Both the position numbers and the translations under genes were made by a program. Shown here piece by piece: positions 1-9,186 of a stretch of DNA of 64,000 nt. Numbering within the stretch: position 1 is the first letter of the stretch; every line of letters begins with the position of its first letter. The notes under the pieces were generated by a model. It ran no database searches. It had not been told where the DNA came from and worked only from the letters and a program-made list of their open reading frames with translations. Source of the stretch: an uncultured Vagococcus sp. (GTDB lineage Bacteria > Bacillota > Bacilli > Lactobacillales > Vagococcaceae); assembly GCA_963517295.1 (NCBI GenBank), contig CAUQFM010000002.1, forward strand, positions 1,735 through 65,734, written 5' to 3'.

Positions 1-47
1 TGATTGAGCACGCTTTAATCATAAAAAAACACGGTCGAACTAGTGCA

Positions 48-1088
48 GTGATTAAAAAAATAGCCCGTGCTAGCGTGATTGGCGTTCTTGTTTCTTTAAT
101 GGTTAGCATTATTATCGCTAACTTAATCGCACCCTTTGCGACAACCATTACATCCTATGCTAGTTGGCTATTTATTGGTGGAGCTATTTTTTTATCTCTA
201 TTAAGTTCAGCTAAAATTTTGTCTCTGATCAGTATTGTTCCTTTAGCAATGCTATTTCAAGGGATTCGACATCTGTATTGGGAAAGTGGCGCTGTCCCAG
301 TAGATAAAAATATCACTACGTCTTTTTTTCTAGGTATTACAGTTGCTCCACTAATCCTTTCTCTCCTATCCTTATTACAAAAGAAAGAATTAGACAAAGT
401 CACTGTGACTTCTATGAAAAATATCACACTACCTACTATTAAAAAAAGTAAGCAGTCACTAACAAAGAAAGAAACAATTTTTGCTAGCCTATCAACTTTT
501 GTCGCTAACTTTTTATTCGTTTTAAGTCCAGTAGGGTTAATTTTACTTATAGGAGAAGCAGTTGGAAAAAGAGAATCAGATGAACTAAAAAGAGCTGAGC
601 TTACAGTAACAACCATGAATGCTTTAGCTCAAGGAACTTATATTTCAGGTCTTTTAATTTCAATTGTTGCTATCGGAATTCCTTTAGCCCCAACTGCAAT
701 TGGTCCCGGTGCTGCTTTCTTTGAATCGCCTCCGGTCTTTAAAATTGGTGCAACAATTACTCAAGCTTATTCTCAACCACAGTTAATCACTGCCTTTGTA
801 ATTGGCAGTTTAATAGCTCTTTTACTGGTTTACTTTATTGCAACAAAACTTTCTGAAAAACTTACTTCTTTCGTTTTAACTAAAATTCCACATGAAAGTT
901 TACTTGCTTTATTTATCGCTCTTGTTTTTTTACTAGCTTACATTGATGCAGGTTTAATAAATATATTTGGCGTTTTATTAATTGGTATTATCTGTGGTAC
1001 ACTAAACCGGTTGGGTGTAAGCTATGGTGTTCAGTTTATGGCACTTTATGCAGCACCATTTATCATTCAAATTATTAGTAATAAATAA
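48..1088 (+). CDS. Polytopic integral membrane protein of unknown function; possibly 5'-truncated by the window edge
   Basis: 346-aa ORF made almost entirely of hydrophobic helices. The GTG at 48 has no Shine-Dalgarno, and the frame has no stop back to nt 3, so the true start may lie upstream of the window. Ends 14 nt before mvk. Confidence 0.5.
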   Translation: MIKKIARASVIGVLVSLMVSIIIANLIAPFATTITSYASWLFIGGAIFLSLLSSAKILSLISIVPLAMLFQGIRHLYWESGAVPVDKNITTSFFLGITVAPLILSLLSLLQKKELDKVTVTSMKNITLPTIKKSKQSLTKKETIFASLSTFVANFLFVLSPVGLILLIGEAVGKRESDELKRAELTVTTMNALAQGTYISGLLISIVAIGIPLAPTAIGPGAAFFESPPVFKIGATITQAYSQPQLITAFVIGSLIALLLVYFIATKLSEKLTSFVLTKIPHESLLALFIALVFLLAYIDAGLINIFGVLLIGIICGTLNRLGVSYGVQFMALYAAPFIIQIISNK

Positions 1089-1102
1089 AGGGAGCGACGA
1101 CT

Positions 1103-2050
1103 ATGAAAAACGAAACGCAAGGTGTTGGTGAATCAAATGCTAAAATCATTCTTTTAGGAGAACATTCTGTTGTTTATAATCAACCATCTATCGCTATTCC
1201 TTTTCCTGCTGCCAAAGTTTCCACAGTAGTTAAAGAAACAAGTGATCAAACAGTGATCAGTTGTGAATTTTATCAAGGTCTATTAGAGGATATGCCAGAA
1301 CTATTAGAGAGTTTAAAAGAAACAATTCGTGTCACACTGAAACAATTAAATAAAGAAAATTATCCTCTTGATATTAGAATCGAAAGTCAAATCCCTGCTG
1401 AACGTGGTATGGGATCAAGTGCTGCTGTTTCAGTCGCTACAACACGAGCTTTATTTGATTTTTTTAATATAGCGTTAACTCAAGAGAATTTACTTTCAAT
1501 CGTTGATATTTCTGAAAAGATTGCTCATGGAAATCCCAGTGGGTTAGATGCTCTAATGACAAGCAGTTCATCTCCTTACTACTATACTAAAGGACAACCT
1601 TTTGAAGCTTTAAAATTAAATTTAGATGTTTTTTTAGTCGTAGGAGACACTGGAAAAACTGGGCAAACAAAAGAAGCTGTCACTAGTATTTCAAAAAAAT
1701 TAACTAAAACCGATTCGGTAAATACAAAAAAAAGAATTGATCAACTTGGAGAACTAGCAAAAAAAGGACGCTACTTTTTAGAAAATAATGAAGCTACAAA
1801 ACTAGGCTTAACTATGTCAAACGTTCACCAACTTTTGAGTGAACTTGGGGTTTCTAGTCCTGAATTAAATCAATTAGTCGAAACGGCAGAAAAAAATGGA
1901 GCAATAGGTGCTAAGTTAACTGGTGGCGGTCGTGGTGGTTGTATGATTGCCTTGACCCATGATAGAATAGGTGCTGAGAAAATCGCTCAAGCGTTAACAG
2001 ACAATGGTGCTAAAACAACTTGGGTTTACGACATGAGAAGAGGAATTTAA
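1103..2050 (+). CDS. mvk: Mevalonate kinase
   Basis: N-terminus GESNAKIILLGEHSVVY, GHMP-kinase motif ERGMGSSAAVSVA, C-terminal KLTGGGRGGC. AAGGGAG SD 8 nt upstream of the ATG. First gene of the mvk-mvaD-mvaK2-fni block. Confidence 0.9.
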   Translation: MKNETQGVGESNAKIILLGEHSVVYNQPSIAIPFPAAKVSTVVKETSDQTVISCEFYQGLLEDMPELLESLKETIRVTLKQLNKENYPLDIRIESQIPAERGMGSSAAVSVATTRALFDFFNIALTQENLLSIVDISEKIAHGNPSGLDALMTSSSSPYYYTKGQPFEALKLNLDVFLVVGDTGKTGQTKEAVTSISKKLTKTDSVNTKKRIDQLGELAKKGRYFLENNEATKLGLTMSNVHQLLSELGVSSPELNQLVETAEKNGAIGAKLTGGGRGGCMIALTHDRIGAEKIAQALTDNGAKTTWVYDMRRGI

Positions 2051-3049
2051 ATGAGATCAACTGGCCGATGCCGTGCACATACAAATATCGCTTTAATTAA
2101 ATATTGGGGAAAACGAAATGAAGAACTATTCTTACCAATGAATAGTAGCCTTTCATTAACTCTAGATGCTTTTTATACTGATACTGAAGTTGTTTTAGAT
2201 GACAAATTTACTTCAGATGAGTTCTACTTAGATGATACTAAACAAGGGACAGAGGAAACGCAAAAGATTACAGAATTCTTAAATTTGTTTAGGAATTTAG
2301 CTAATATTGAGACAAAAGCGTGTGTAAAGAGTTATAATCATGTTCCGACTGCTGCCGGTTTAGCCTCTTCTGCTTCTGCTTTTTCAGCTTTAGCTGGAGC
2401 AATGAATCAGGCGATTGACCTTAACTTAGATTTGAAAACTTTATCTACTTTCGCTAGACAAGGAAGCGGTAGTGCCACTAGGAGTGTCTACGGGGGCTTT
2501 GTTGAGTGGTTTATGGGCAATGATGATGAAACAGGTTCAAGTCATGCAATCCCTGTTGATGATGCTTCATGGGACATTGGGATGATCGTTATTGCTGTCA
2601 ATACAGGTCGCAAAAAATTATCAAGTCGTGTCGGGATGAAACAAACAATTAAAACATCGCCCTTTTATTCTTCTTGGGTCGAAACAGCTACCTCAGACCT
2701 TACAAAAATGAAAGAAGCAATTAAAAATCGAGATTTTATCCAATTAGGTGAAATTACAGAATCCAACGGAATGAAAATGCATGCGACTATGCTAGGAGCT
2801 TTTCCGCCAATTTCTTATTGGGAACCAGACAGTGTAAAAGCCATCCAGAAAGTCAAAGAAATTCGTGAGACAGGCATTCCATGCTATGTTACAATGGATG
2901 CTGGTCCGAACGTCAAAGTGTTATGTAGACAATCGGATATGTTAAAAATAGAACAACTTCTATTAGAAGAATTTAAAGAAGAACAAATCATTCCTTCTCA
3001 GATTGGTGAAGGAATCAGATTATTAAATAGATCAGAATGGAATTATTAA
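2051..3049 (+). CDS. mvaD: Diphosphomevalonate decarboxylase
   Basis: HTNIALIKYWGKRNEELFLPMNSSLSLTLD and AAGLASSASAF motifs. The ATG abuts the mvk stop (TAAATG), suggesting translational coupling. Confidence 0.92.
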   Translation: MRSTGRCRAHTNIALIKYWGKRNEELFLPMNSSLSLTLDAFYTDTEVVLDDKFTSDEFYLDDTKQGTEETQKITEFLNLFRNLANIETKACVKSYNHVPTAAGLASSASAFSALAGAMNQAIDLNLDLKTLSTFARQGSGSATRSVYGGFVEWFMGNDDETGSSHAIPVDDASWDIGMIVIAVNTGRKKLSSRVGMKQTIKTSPFYSSWVETATSDLTKMKEAIKNRDFIQLGEITESNGMKMHATMLGAFPPISYWEPDSVKAIQKVKEIRETGIPCYVTMDAGPNVKVLCRQSDMLKIEQLLLEEFKEEQIIPSQIGEGIRLLNRSEWNY

Positions 3050-3062
3050 AGGAGAGATTTTT

Positions 3063-4169
3063 TTGATAAAAGCAAGTGCTCCAGGAAAATTATATATTGC
3101 GGGAGAATATGCTGTTCTTGAGCCCGGACATCCTGCACTCATTGTAGCCCTGGATCAATTCATTACCGTGACACTTGAAGAAGCTGACAAGCAAGGTAGT
3201 ATTTGTTCAAGCTACTCCAACGGTATTTCAATTCCGTGGACAAGAAAAAACGGTAAGTTTTATATTGATGAAAGAGAAAATCCCTTCTCATATATAACTA
3301 AATCAGTAACCATTGTAGAGCAATACCTACAAGAATTAAATTATGACTTAAAATATTTTGATCTAACTATCGAAAGTGAATTAGATAATAAAGATGGTCG
3401 TAAATACGGTTTAGGCTCAAGCGGTGCTGTAACGATTGCAACAATTAAAGCCATATTATCACTTTATAAGATTACTTATGATTCAGAATTACTTTATAAA
3501 CTAGCTGCCATTACCCACTTATCTCTAAACAGTAACGGCTCTTTTGGTGACTTAGCTGCAAGTTCTTATGGGGGCTGGATTGCCTATGCTTGTTTTGAAA
3601 GAGAATGGGTCCTTGAACAATTAGCAGAAGGTGAAGAAATTAATTCTCTTCTTTTACAAGAATGGCCTAAATTAATGATTGAGCCACTTAAAGCTCCTGC
3701 TGATTTAAGACTTTTAATTGGTTGGACAGGCTCGCCTGCTTCTACCACTTCTCTTGTTGATCAATTAAATGATGAACAAAATGAAATGAATGGTTTTTAT
3801 AGACAATTCCTACTCGATAGTAATCAGTGCGTCACTTCTATTATTAGCGCTTTTAAAAACAAAGATATTGAAAAAATCCAAACAGGGATTCGAATCAATC
3901 GTGATTTATTAAAATCATTAGCACAAAAAAGTGGTGTTGATATCGAAACTCAAGCGTTGACAGATCTTTGTACAATTGCCGAAAATTTCAATGGCGCTGC
4001 TAAGTCTTCTGGTGCTGGTGGTGGTGATTGTGGGATTGTTCTATTTAATCAACATGATGAAATTTTGCCTATGGTTAATAATTGGCGTGAACAAGGGATT
4101 GTAAATTTACCTCTACAAGTTTACAAAGAAGAAAAAACTGATTATTCATCAATTATGTGGGAGGACTAA
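3063..4169 (+). CDS. mvaK2: Phosphomevalonate kinase
   Basis: APGKLYIAGEYAVLEPG N-terminus, GLGSSGAV GHMP motif, SGAGGGDCG near the C-terminus. TTG start 6 nt after GGAGAG. Confidence 0.88.
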   Translation: MIKASAPGKLYIAGEYAVLEPGHPALIVALDQFITVTLEEADKQGSICSSYSNGISIPWTRKNGKFYIDERENPFSYITKSVTIVEQYLQELNYDLKYFDLTIESELDNKDGRKYGLGSSGAVTIATIKAILSLYKITYDSELLYKLAAITHLSLNSNGSFGDLAASSYGGWIAYACFEREWVLEQLAEGEEINSLLLQEWPKLMIEPLKAPADLRLLIGWTGSPASTTSLVDQLNDEQNEMNGFYRQFLLDSNQCVTSIISAFKNKDIEKIQTGIRINRDLLKSLAQKSGVDIETQALTDLCTIAENFNGAAKSSGAGGGDCGIVLFNQHDEILPMVNNWREQGIVNLPLQVYKEEKTDYSSIMWED

Positions 4170-4171
4170 GA

Positions 4172-5218
4172 ATGACAACTCATTGGAATCGAAAAGATCA
4201 ACACATTCATTTAGCTGAGATGCAGTACAATGAAACTTCTTCAAATGGATTAGATGAGGTCCGTTTTATTCATCAATCTTTTTCCGAAATCAAAACAGAT
4301 GATGTAAAACTAAATACAACTTTGGGTAGTCTTTCATTAGACTATCCTTTCTTCATAAATGCTATGACTGGTGGTAGTGAAAAAGCGCATGTTATCAATC
4401 AAAATCTAGCAATGATTGCCAAAGAAACCCATTTAGCAATGGCTGTTGGTTCTGTCAGTGTTGCTCTTAAAGAACCTAGTACTGTTGAAAGTTTTAAGGT
4501 CGTTAGAAAAAATAATCCAAATGGTTTAATCATTTCTAATTTGGGCGCTCATCATTCTGTAGATAGTGCTAAACGTGCGGTCGATTTATTAGAAGCTAAC
4601 GCTCTGCAAATTCACGTCAACACGCCACAAGAGCTAGTAATGCCAGAAGGTGATCGTGATTTTACTAATTGGCTGAGTAACATTGAAAGAATTGTTAAAA
4701 ACATTCAAACGCCGATTATCGTTAAAGAAGTCGGATTTGGCATGTCAAAAGAAACCATTCAACAACTACTTGATATTGGGGTGGATGTGATTGATGTCAG
4801 TGGTCGAGGTGGTACAAATTTTATCCATATCGAAAACGAACGTCGAGATCATAAAGAATTTGATTATTTACTGAATTGGGGACAAACAACTGCTGAATCT
4901 TTACTAGAAGCTCATTTTTACCGAAAACAAGCTGATTTTATCGCTTCTGGAGGTATAAAGAATCCCCTTCAAATGCTTGCCGCTTTTGGTCTTGGTGCCA
5001 AAGCTGTTGGGATTTCCGGAGAATTTTTACACATGATTCTAACTAAAGGTAATCAAGTATCTATCGAACAAATAGAAAGTTGGAAAGAAGAATTAACTTT
5101 CTTGATGACGATGATAGGCGCTAAAAATATTGTTGAAATTGAGAGAAAACCTATCATTCTCTCACCTGATTTAGTCAACTGGTGTACGCAACGTCATATT
5201 AATTTTAAACATCAATAA
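4172..5218 (+). CDS. fni: Type 2 (FMN-dependent) isopentenyl-diphosphate delta-isomerase
   Basis: Motifs NAMTGGS, VKEVGFGMS, SGRGGTNF. The ORF-track GTG at 4157 overlaps mvaK2. ATG 4172 lies 7 nt after GGGAGGA and is preferred. Confidence 0.9.
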   Translation: MTTHWNRKDQHIHLAEMQYNETSSNGLDEVRFIHQSFSEIKTDDVKLNTTLGSLSLDYPFFINAMTGGSEKAHVINQNLAMIAKETHLAMAVGSVSVALKEPSTVESFKVVRKNNPNGLIISNLGAHHSVDSAKRAVDLLEANALQIHVNTPQELVMPEGDRDFTNWLSNIERIVKNIQTPIIVKEVGFGMSKETIQQLLDIGVDVIDVSGRGGTNFIHIENERRDHKEFDYLLNWGQTTAESLLEAHFYRKQADFIASGGIKNPLQMLAAFGLGAKAVGISGEFLHMILTKGNQVSIEQIESWKEELTFLMTMIGAKNIVEIERKPIILSPDLVNWCTQRHINFKHQ

Positions 5219-5221
5219 AAA

Positions 5222-5267
5222 CGAGTGAGACTCAAGTTTTTTCAACTTGGTTCTCACTCGCTTTTTT
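5222..5267. terminator. Bidirectional intrinsic terminator between fni and the XRE gene
   Basis: 17-nt arms CGAGTGAGACTCAAGTT / AACTTGGTTCTCACTCG followed by a T-run. The 3' arm overlaps the last codons of the XRE gene. Confidence 0.75.
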
Positions 5268-5463
5268 CATATTCTAAAATATCTCCTGGTTGGCAATCAA
5301 GTACTTCGCATATCTTTTCTAAAGTCGAAAATTTCACAGCTTTTGCTTTTTCATTTTTTAAAATAGAAAGATTAGCCATCGTGATGCCCACATGCTCAGA
5401 CAACTCAGTCACTGACATTTTTCTTTTAGCAAGCATCACATCTAAATTAACTCGAATCGGCAT
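5254..5463 (-). CDS. Small XRE-family helix-turn-helix transcriptional regulator (YozG-like)
   Basis: 69 aa with a classic HTH (MSVTELSEHVGITMANLSILKNEK). Sits immediately downstream of a DUF2975-like membrane gene, which is a recurrent pairing. Confidence 0.8.
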   Translation of the reverse strand: MPIRVNLDVMLAKRKMSVTELSEHVGITMANLSILKNEKAKAVKFSTLEKICEVLDCQPGDILEYEKSE

Positions 5464-5484
5464 TTTTCAGCACTTCCTTTTCTT

Positions 5485-5949
5485 TTAAATAGTTAGATCA
5501 TTCTCCGTTTTTAGATTACCTGCCACTTTAAATATATAGGATAATAGTGAGGCAATGACTGAGAGTGTCAATCCAACAAAAAAGAAAAAGGAACAAATTA
5601 AAAAGAAGGGATAATTTCCTTTTAGCTCAAATAATCCGATAATAATCCCAATACCATAAATACCACTTTCAATTAAACTGGCATAGGCTATTTGGATTAG
5701 TCGTTGGCTATTTTTTTCTGAAAATATATCTGCTTTTAACAAATCCGAACTAATTTTCCAAAGTTTAAAAAGAATAAATACAACGGGAATCGCTGTTATC
5801 CATAGTAGACCTAAGATTAATTTTTCGAAAGTTGTGGTTTCTAGATAATCACTGATTCTTGGTCCTACAATTAATAATATACCCGTACCACTTAATCCTA
5901 AAATAGTGATAATTGATTTAAAAAATAGATTAATTTTTTTTATTGTCAT
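5485..5949 (-). CDS. DUF2975-like 4-TM membrane protein
   Basis: 154 aa with four hydrophobic helices. 21 nt upstream of the XRE gene on the same strand. Family call rests on architecture and context only. Confidence 0.55.
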   Translation of the reverse strand: MTIKKINLFFKSIITILGLSGTGILLIVGPRISDYLETTTFEKLILGLLWITAIPVVFILFKLWKISSDLLKADIFSEKNSQRLIQIAYASLIESGIYGIGIIIGLFELKGNYPFFLICSFFFFVGLTLSVIASLLSYIFKVAGNLKTENDLTI

Positions 5950-6057
5950 TTTCTAACTCCTTATGAGGTTGGTTTCTATTATATCATAATCACGTACCAA
6001 CCTCTTAGTATACTTCTAGACTATTTTTCTGGTCTGTTTTTGGCACACTATCAGGTA

Positions 6058-6288
6058 CTATTTTTTCAATTTAATCATATTATTAATAAAAGCTATCGCC
6101 CCTATTATTAAGGCAATAAATACAATAAAAAAGCCAATAGGAATTAGGAAAAAGTACGGTTCAATTAAAACTCCCTGATTATTTACGTATTCAGGTAAGA
6201 AATTTTTGATAAAGAGACAACTTGCTCCAATTATTAATAATGTAATAGACATGATTGTTAGTTTAGGTGATTGATTATTTTTCATCAT
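6058..6288 (-). CDS. Small two-TM membrane protein, hypothetical
   Basis: 76-aa ORF with two long hydrophobic stretches. No recognisable motif. Confidence 0.4.
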   Translation of the reverse strand: MMKNNQSPKLTIMSITLLIIGASCLFIKNFLPEYVNNQGVLIEPYFFLIPIGFFIVFIALIIGAIAFINNMIKLKK

Positions 6289-6402
6289 TTTTTATTCCTG
6301 CTTTCTTTTATTTGATGAAATAAATATATCATCTGCAAATCCGCAAGTCAATATATTTTTATCGTAAAACAATAAAAATATATCGTATTACACATTGTTT
6401 TA

Positions 6403-6448
6403 TTTTAAAAAACCAACATAAAAATCAAATTTCTGATTTTCATGTTGG
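6403..6448 (-). terminator. Intrinsic terminator after the tmcAL / DsrE-like genes
   Basis: 15-bp stem CCAACATGAAAATCA (1 mismatch), 6-nt loop, and a T-run on the minus strand. Confidence 0.75.
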
Positions 6449-6477
6449 TTAGAGTATTCTTTAAATTAAACTATTTT

Positions 6478-6807
6478 TTATGGTTTGATATAAGCATAAT
6501 CAGCTGTTTGTAATTCCACTAAACGTAAAACACCTGCTGGAACAACTTTAATAAATGGATGAATGCTTATTTTATCTACTTCATTAGCGTTCATCGCATT
6601 TTGACAGCTACTAAAACGAACACCTAATTCAGTTAATTCATGCATTGGAATTGCTAAATTTGAATCTATATATCCTAATACAGCCTTACCATTTGCGACT
6701 ACTTCAACCCGCCTAATATCTTTTTTACCTGATTCCAATAAATTAATAATATTGCTTAAAACTGTCTGCCATTTTTCTGGTTTATCAATATGAAATACAA
6801 CTTTCAT
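6478..6807 (-). CDS. DsrE/DsrF-like (COG1416-type) small protein
   Basis: 109 aa. MKVVFHID N-terminus, internal C-x-N (SSCQNAM) and C-terminal VPAGV...YAYIKP are typical of this family. Start is 4 nt after the tmcAL stop. Confidence 0.6.
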   Translation of the reverse strand: MKVVFHIDKPEKWQTVLSNIINLLESGKKDIRRVEVVANGKAVLGYIDSNLAIPMHELTELGVRFSSCQNAMNANEVDKISIHPFIKVVPAGVLRLVELQTADYAYIKP

Positions 6808-6810
6808 TTC

Positions 6811-7989
6811 TTATTCCTCCTTCAAATAAATAGGTGCTCTGTAGTAATCTTGGTGAACATCACTCTTACCAAGCATAGAATATAACTGACCTGCTCTGAT
6901 ATCTAAACTAAGATAAGACTCATTTTTTTTATTAATATTTGTAACCATCGGAAACACTATTTCTTTTTTTTGATTCTTTAAAAACTGTCTGCCTTTGTCG
7001 GTAAAACCTAATATTCTTAAGCATGTATTCTCCCACACCTGTTCAATTTCTTCTTGTTTAACTTGAAGTAATACATAAGTACATAATCTCTGAATTCTCG
7101 TCCAAGTATATCGTTTACTCTTAACTTTTTGAACAAATTCATGAAAACTTTCAGAAGATAATGCGCCTTCTTTTAAACGATATTCTAAACCTTCAACCAT
7201 TTGATAACAACTTCTTAAGTCTTCCACAGATTGAATGGTTAATTGATACTTTAAATATGGCCAGGCATTTTCCCAGTTAATCAAATAATTTTTTTCCAAA
7301 TCTTGATAGGTCTCTCTTGGAACTAAATTTCCTAACTCTAGTAGCTGATCTGATAAAATTTTTTCCCTAATTGACGTTGCACTAGCAAACTTTTGATGAC
7401 TAACTTCTGTATCATGATAATTATTCCCCACTCTTTGAATCGGATATAACCTCATTGGTTGATTATACTTCGCATTTTCTTTAGCATATCCCATGCCTAA
7501 AATATGATTAGGTGAAGAAAAATCAAGTTGCCATTCTGGATAGAGTTCTCGATAAACTTGAGTCATCAATTGTGGATAGTTGTTTCCATTATTTTTAATT
7601 TCTTGATATTTTTGATTAATTCTACTAATATTTTCGTTATGAAAGCGACCAAAAGACTCGTAATCAACTGATTCATTACTATCTGTACCAAAGCACAAAC
7701 TATCCACTTTTAATTCTTGGAGAATTTTGACACTCCCTCTTGTAAAGTAATCAGCAGACTGCACAGCATAGGCAAATGGTAACTCTATCACTAAATCCGC
7801 TCCATTACTTAATGCTTCTTTCGCTCTTAACCACTTATCTATCACAGCTGGTTCTCCTCGCTGTAAAAAATTACCACTCATGACTGCAACAATAACTTCA
7901 GCTTGTGATTTCTCTCTAGCTTGTTCTAAATGATATTTATGACCATTATGGAAAGGATTATATTCTACTACTACTCCACAACTTTTCAT
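6811..7989 (-). CDS. tmcAL: tRNA(Met) cytidine acetate ligase (YlbM/UPF0348 nucleotidyltransferase)
   Basis: N-terminus GVVVEYNPFHNGHKYHLEQAR (HxGH nucleotidyltransferase motif); length 392 aa. Confidence 0.8.
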   Translation of the reverse strand: MKSCGVVVEYNPFHNGHKYHLEQAREKSQAEVIVAVMSGNFLQRGEPAVIDKWLRAKEALSNGADLVIELPFAYAVQSADYFTRGSVKILQELKVDSLCFGTDSNESVDYESFGRFHNENISRINQKYQEIKNNGNNYPQLMTQVYRELYPEWQLDFSSPNHILGMGYAKENAKYNQPMRLYPIQRVGNNYHDTEVSHQKFASATSIREKILSDQLLELGNLVPRETYQDLEKNYLINWENAWPYLKYQLTIQSVEDLRSCYQMVEGLEYRLKEGALSSESFHEFVQKVKSKRYTWTRIQRLCTYVLLQVKQEEIEQVWENTCLRILGFTDKGRQFLKNQKKEIVFPMVTNINKKNESYLSLDIRAGQLYSMLGKSDVHQDYYRAPIYLKEE

Positions 7990-8062
7990 CTTTTCACATC
8001 CTTAAAAAAGCTGGTTACCTTTTAGTTAAAGATAACACAGCTTTACTTATAATATTAGTTTT

Positions 8063-8797
8063 TTATTTTTGACAAACAAAGAACCAACGATTTGATTCCT
8101 CACTTGGGGCAACATCTTCAAAATCAGCATAAACTTCAACTGATTTAAAACCAGCAGCTTTAATCAATGCTTGATAAGTTGAAATATCATAAGTCCGTTC
8201 TTCATGAAGTTCATCAAAACGCTCAAATTTTCCTTGCTTATCTGACACAAAGAATGTTAGAAAATGTTCAACACTGTACTCATAATCTCCTGGATAACTT
8301 TCCCAAAGAAAGGCAAATTCATCTGTTTGATAATGATAACTGTATTCTGAAAAAGATTCTTCCATCTGAAAAGTTGAATGAACATCAAAAATAAACGTTC
8401 CATTTTCTTTTAAACTATCATAGACACCTGAAAAAACTTGACCTACTGCTTTTTCATCAGGCATATAACAAATTGAGTCCGAATAACAAGTCACAGCATC
8501 ATAACTATTTTTTTCGTCTAGTTGAAGCATATCTCCTGTTTTAAAAGATAATTTTTCATCTTCTGAAGTTATTCTTTTTTTAGCTAAAGTTACCATCTCT
8601 TCGGATAAATCTAATCCACAGACATTAAAACCTAAATTAGCTAATTCAACTGATAGAATTCCTGTCCCACAAGCAAGTTCTAAGACTTTTTGCTGTCTTT
8701 TTTCAAGATGACGACACGTAAATTCTAGCCAATCTAAGTATAGATTTTCATCCATTACTTCGTCATAAATCTTTGCAAATGTTTCATAACTTGCCAT
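8063..8797 (-). CDS. Class I SAM-dependent methyltransferase (YqeM-like)
   Basis: Motif I VLELACGTGILS, followed by an acidic loop GLDLSEEM. Occupies the YqeM position after rsfS. Confidence 0.8.
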   Translation of the reverse strand: MASYETFAKIYDEVMDENLYLDWLEFTCRHLEKRQQKVLELACGTGILSVELANLGFNVCGLDLSEEMVTLAKKRITSEDEKLSFKTGDMLQLDEKNSYDAVTCYSDSICYMPDEKAVGQVFSGVYDSLKENGTFIFDVHSTFQMEESFSEYSYHYQTDEFAFLWESYPGDYEYSVEHFLTFFVSDKQGKFERFDELHEERTYDISTYQALIKAAGFKSVEVYADFEDVAPSEESNRWFFVCQK

Positions 8798-8799
8798 GC

Positions 8800-9186
8800 C
8801 TAGTCAACCATACTTGTAATATTAACAAGTGGTGCATCTGACCATAATTTTTCAAGATTATAGAATTCTCTTTCTTCTTTATGGAAAACATGAATAATTA
8901 CATCGCCTAAATCAATTAAGATCCAACGAGCTGATTCTTTACCTTCGACACGTTTTACTTCGATTTGACTTTTTTGAGATAAACTTACTATTTCATTTGC
9001 GATTGCCATCACTTGTTTGTCACTATTACCATGACAGATGACAAAATAATCTGCTAATAAAGAAACCTCTGCTACGTTTAATGCTACTATATCTTCTGCA
9101 CGTTTTGAATCAGCTGCTTTAACGACTAATTCTAATATATTATTACTATTAATAATAATTCCTCCTATTTTTATCTCACGACCCAA
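8800..9186 (-). CDS. rsfS: Ribosome silencing factor RsfS
   Basis: KRAEDIVALNV...DYFVICHGNSDKQV...ARWILIDLGDVIIHVFHKEEREFYNLEKLW. Start is uncertain: either TTG 9186 with no SD, or ATT 9153 lying 6 nt after AGGAGGA (see findings). Confidence 0.85.
   Translation of the reverse strand: MGREIKIGGIIINSNNILELVVKAADSKRAEDIVALNVAEVSLLADYFVICHGNSDKQVMAIANEIVSLSQKSQIEVKRVEGKESARWILIDLGDVIIHVFHKEEREFYNLEKLWSDAPLVNITSMVD

Noticed and set aside
4157-4171. GTG 4157 as the fni start (ORF-track call)
   Set aside because: It would overlap mvaK2 and place the GGGAGGA SD inside the coding sequence. ATG 4172 has ideal SD spacing.
5225-5488. 87-aa plus-strand ORF overlapping the XRE regulator gene
   Set aside because: It is fully antisense to a well-supported HTH gene, has no SD, and the product is low-complexity. 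It is a typical shadow ORF.
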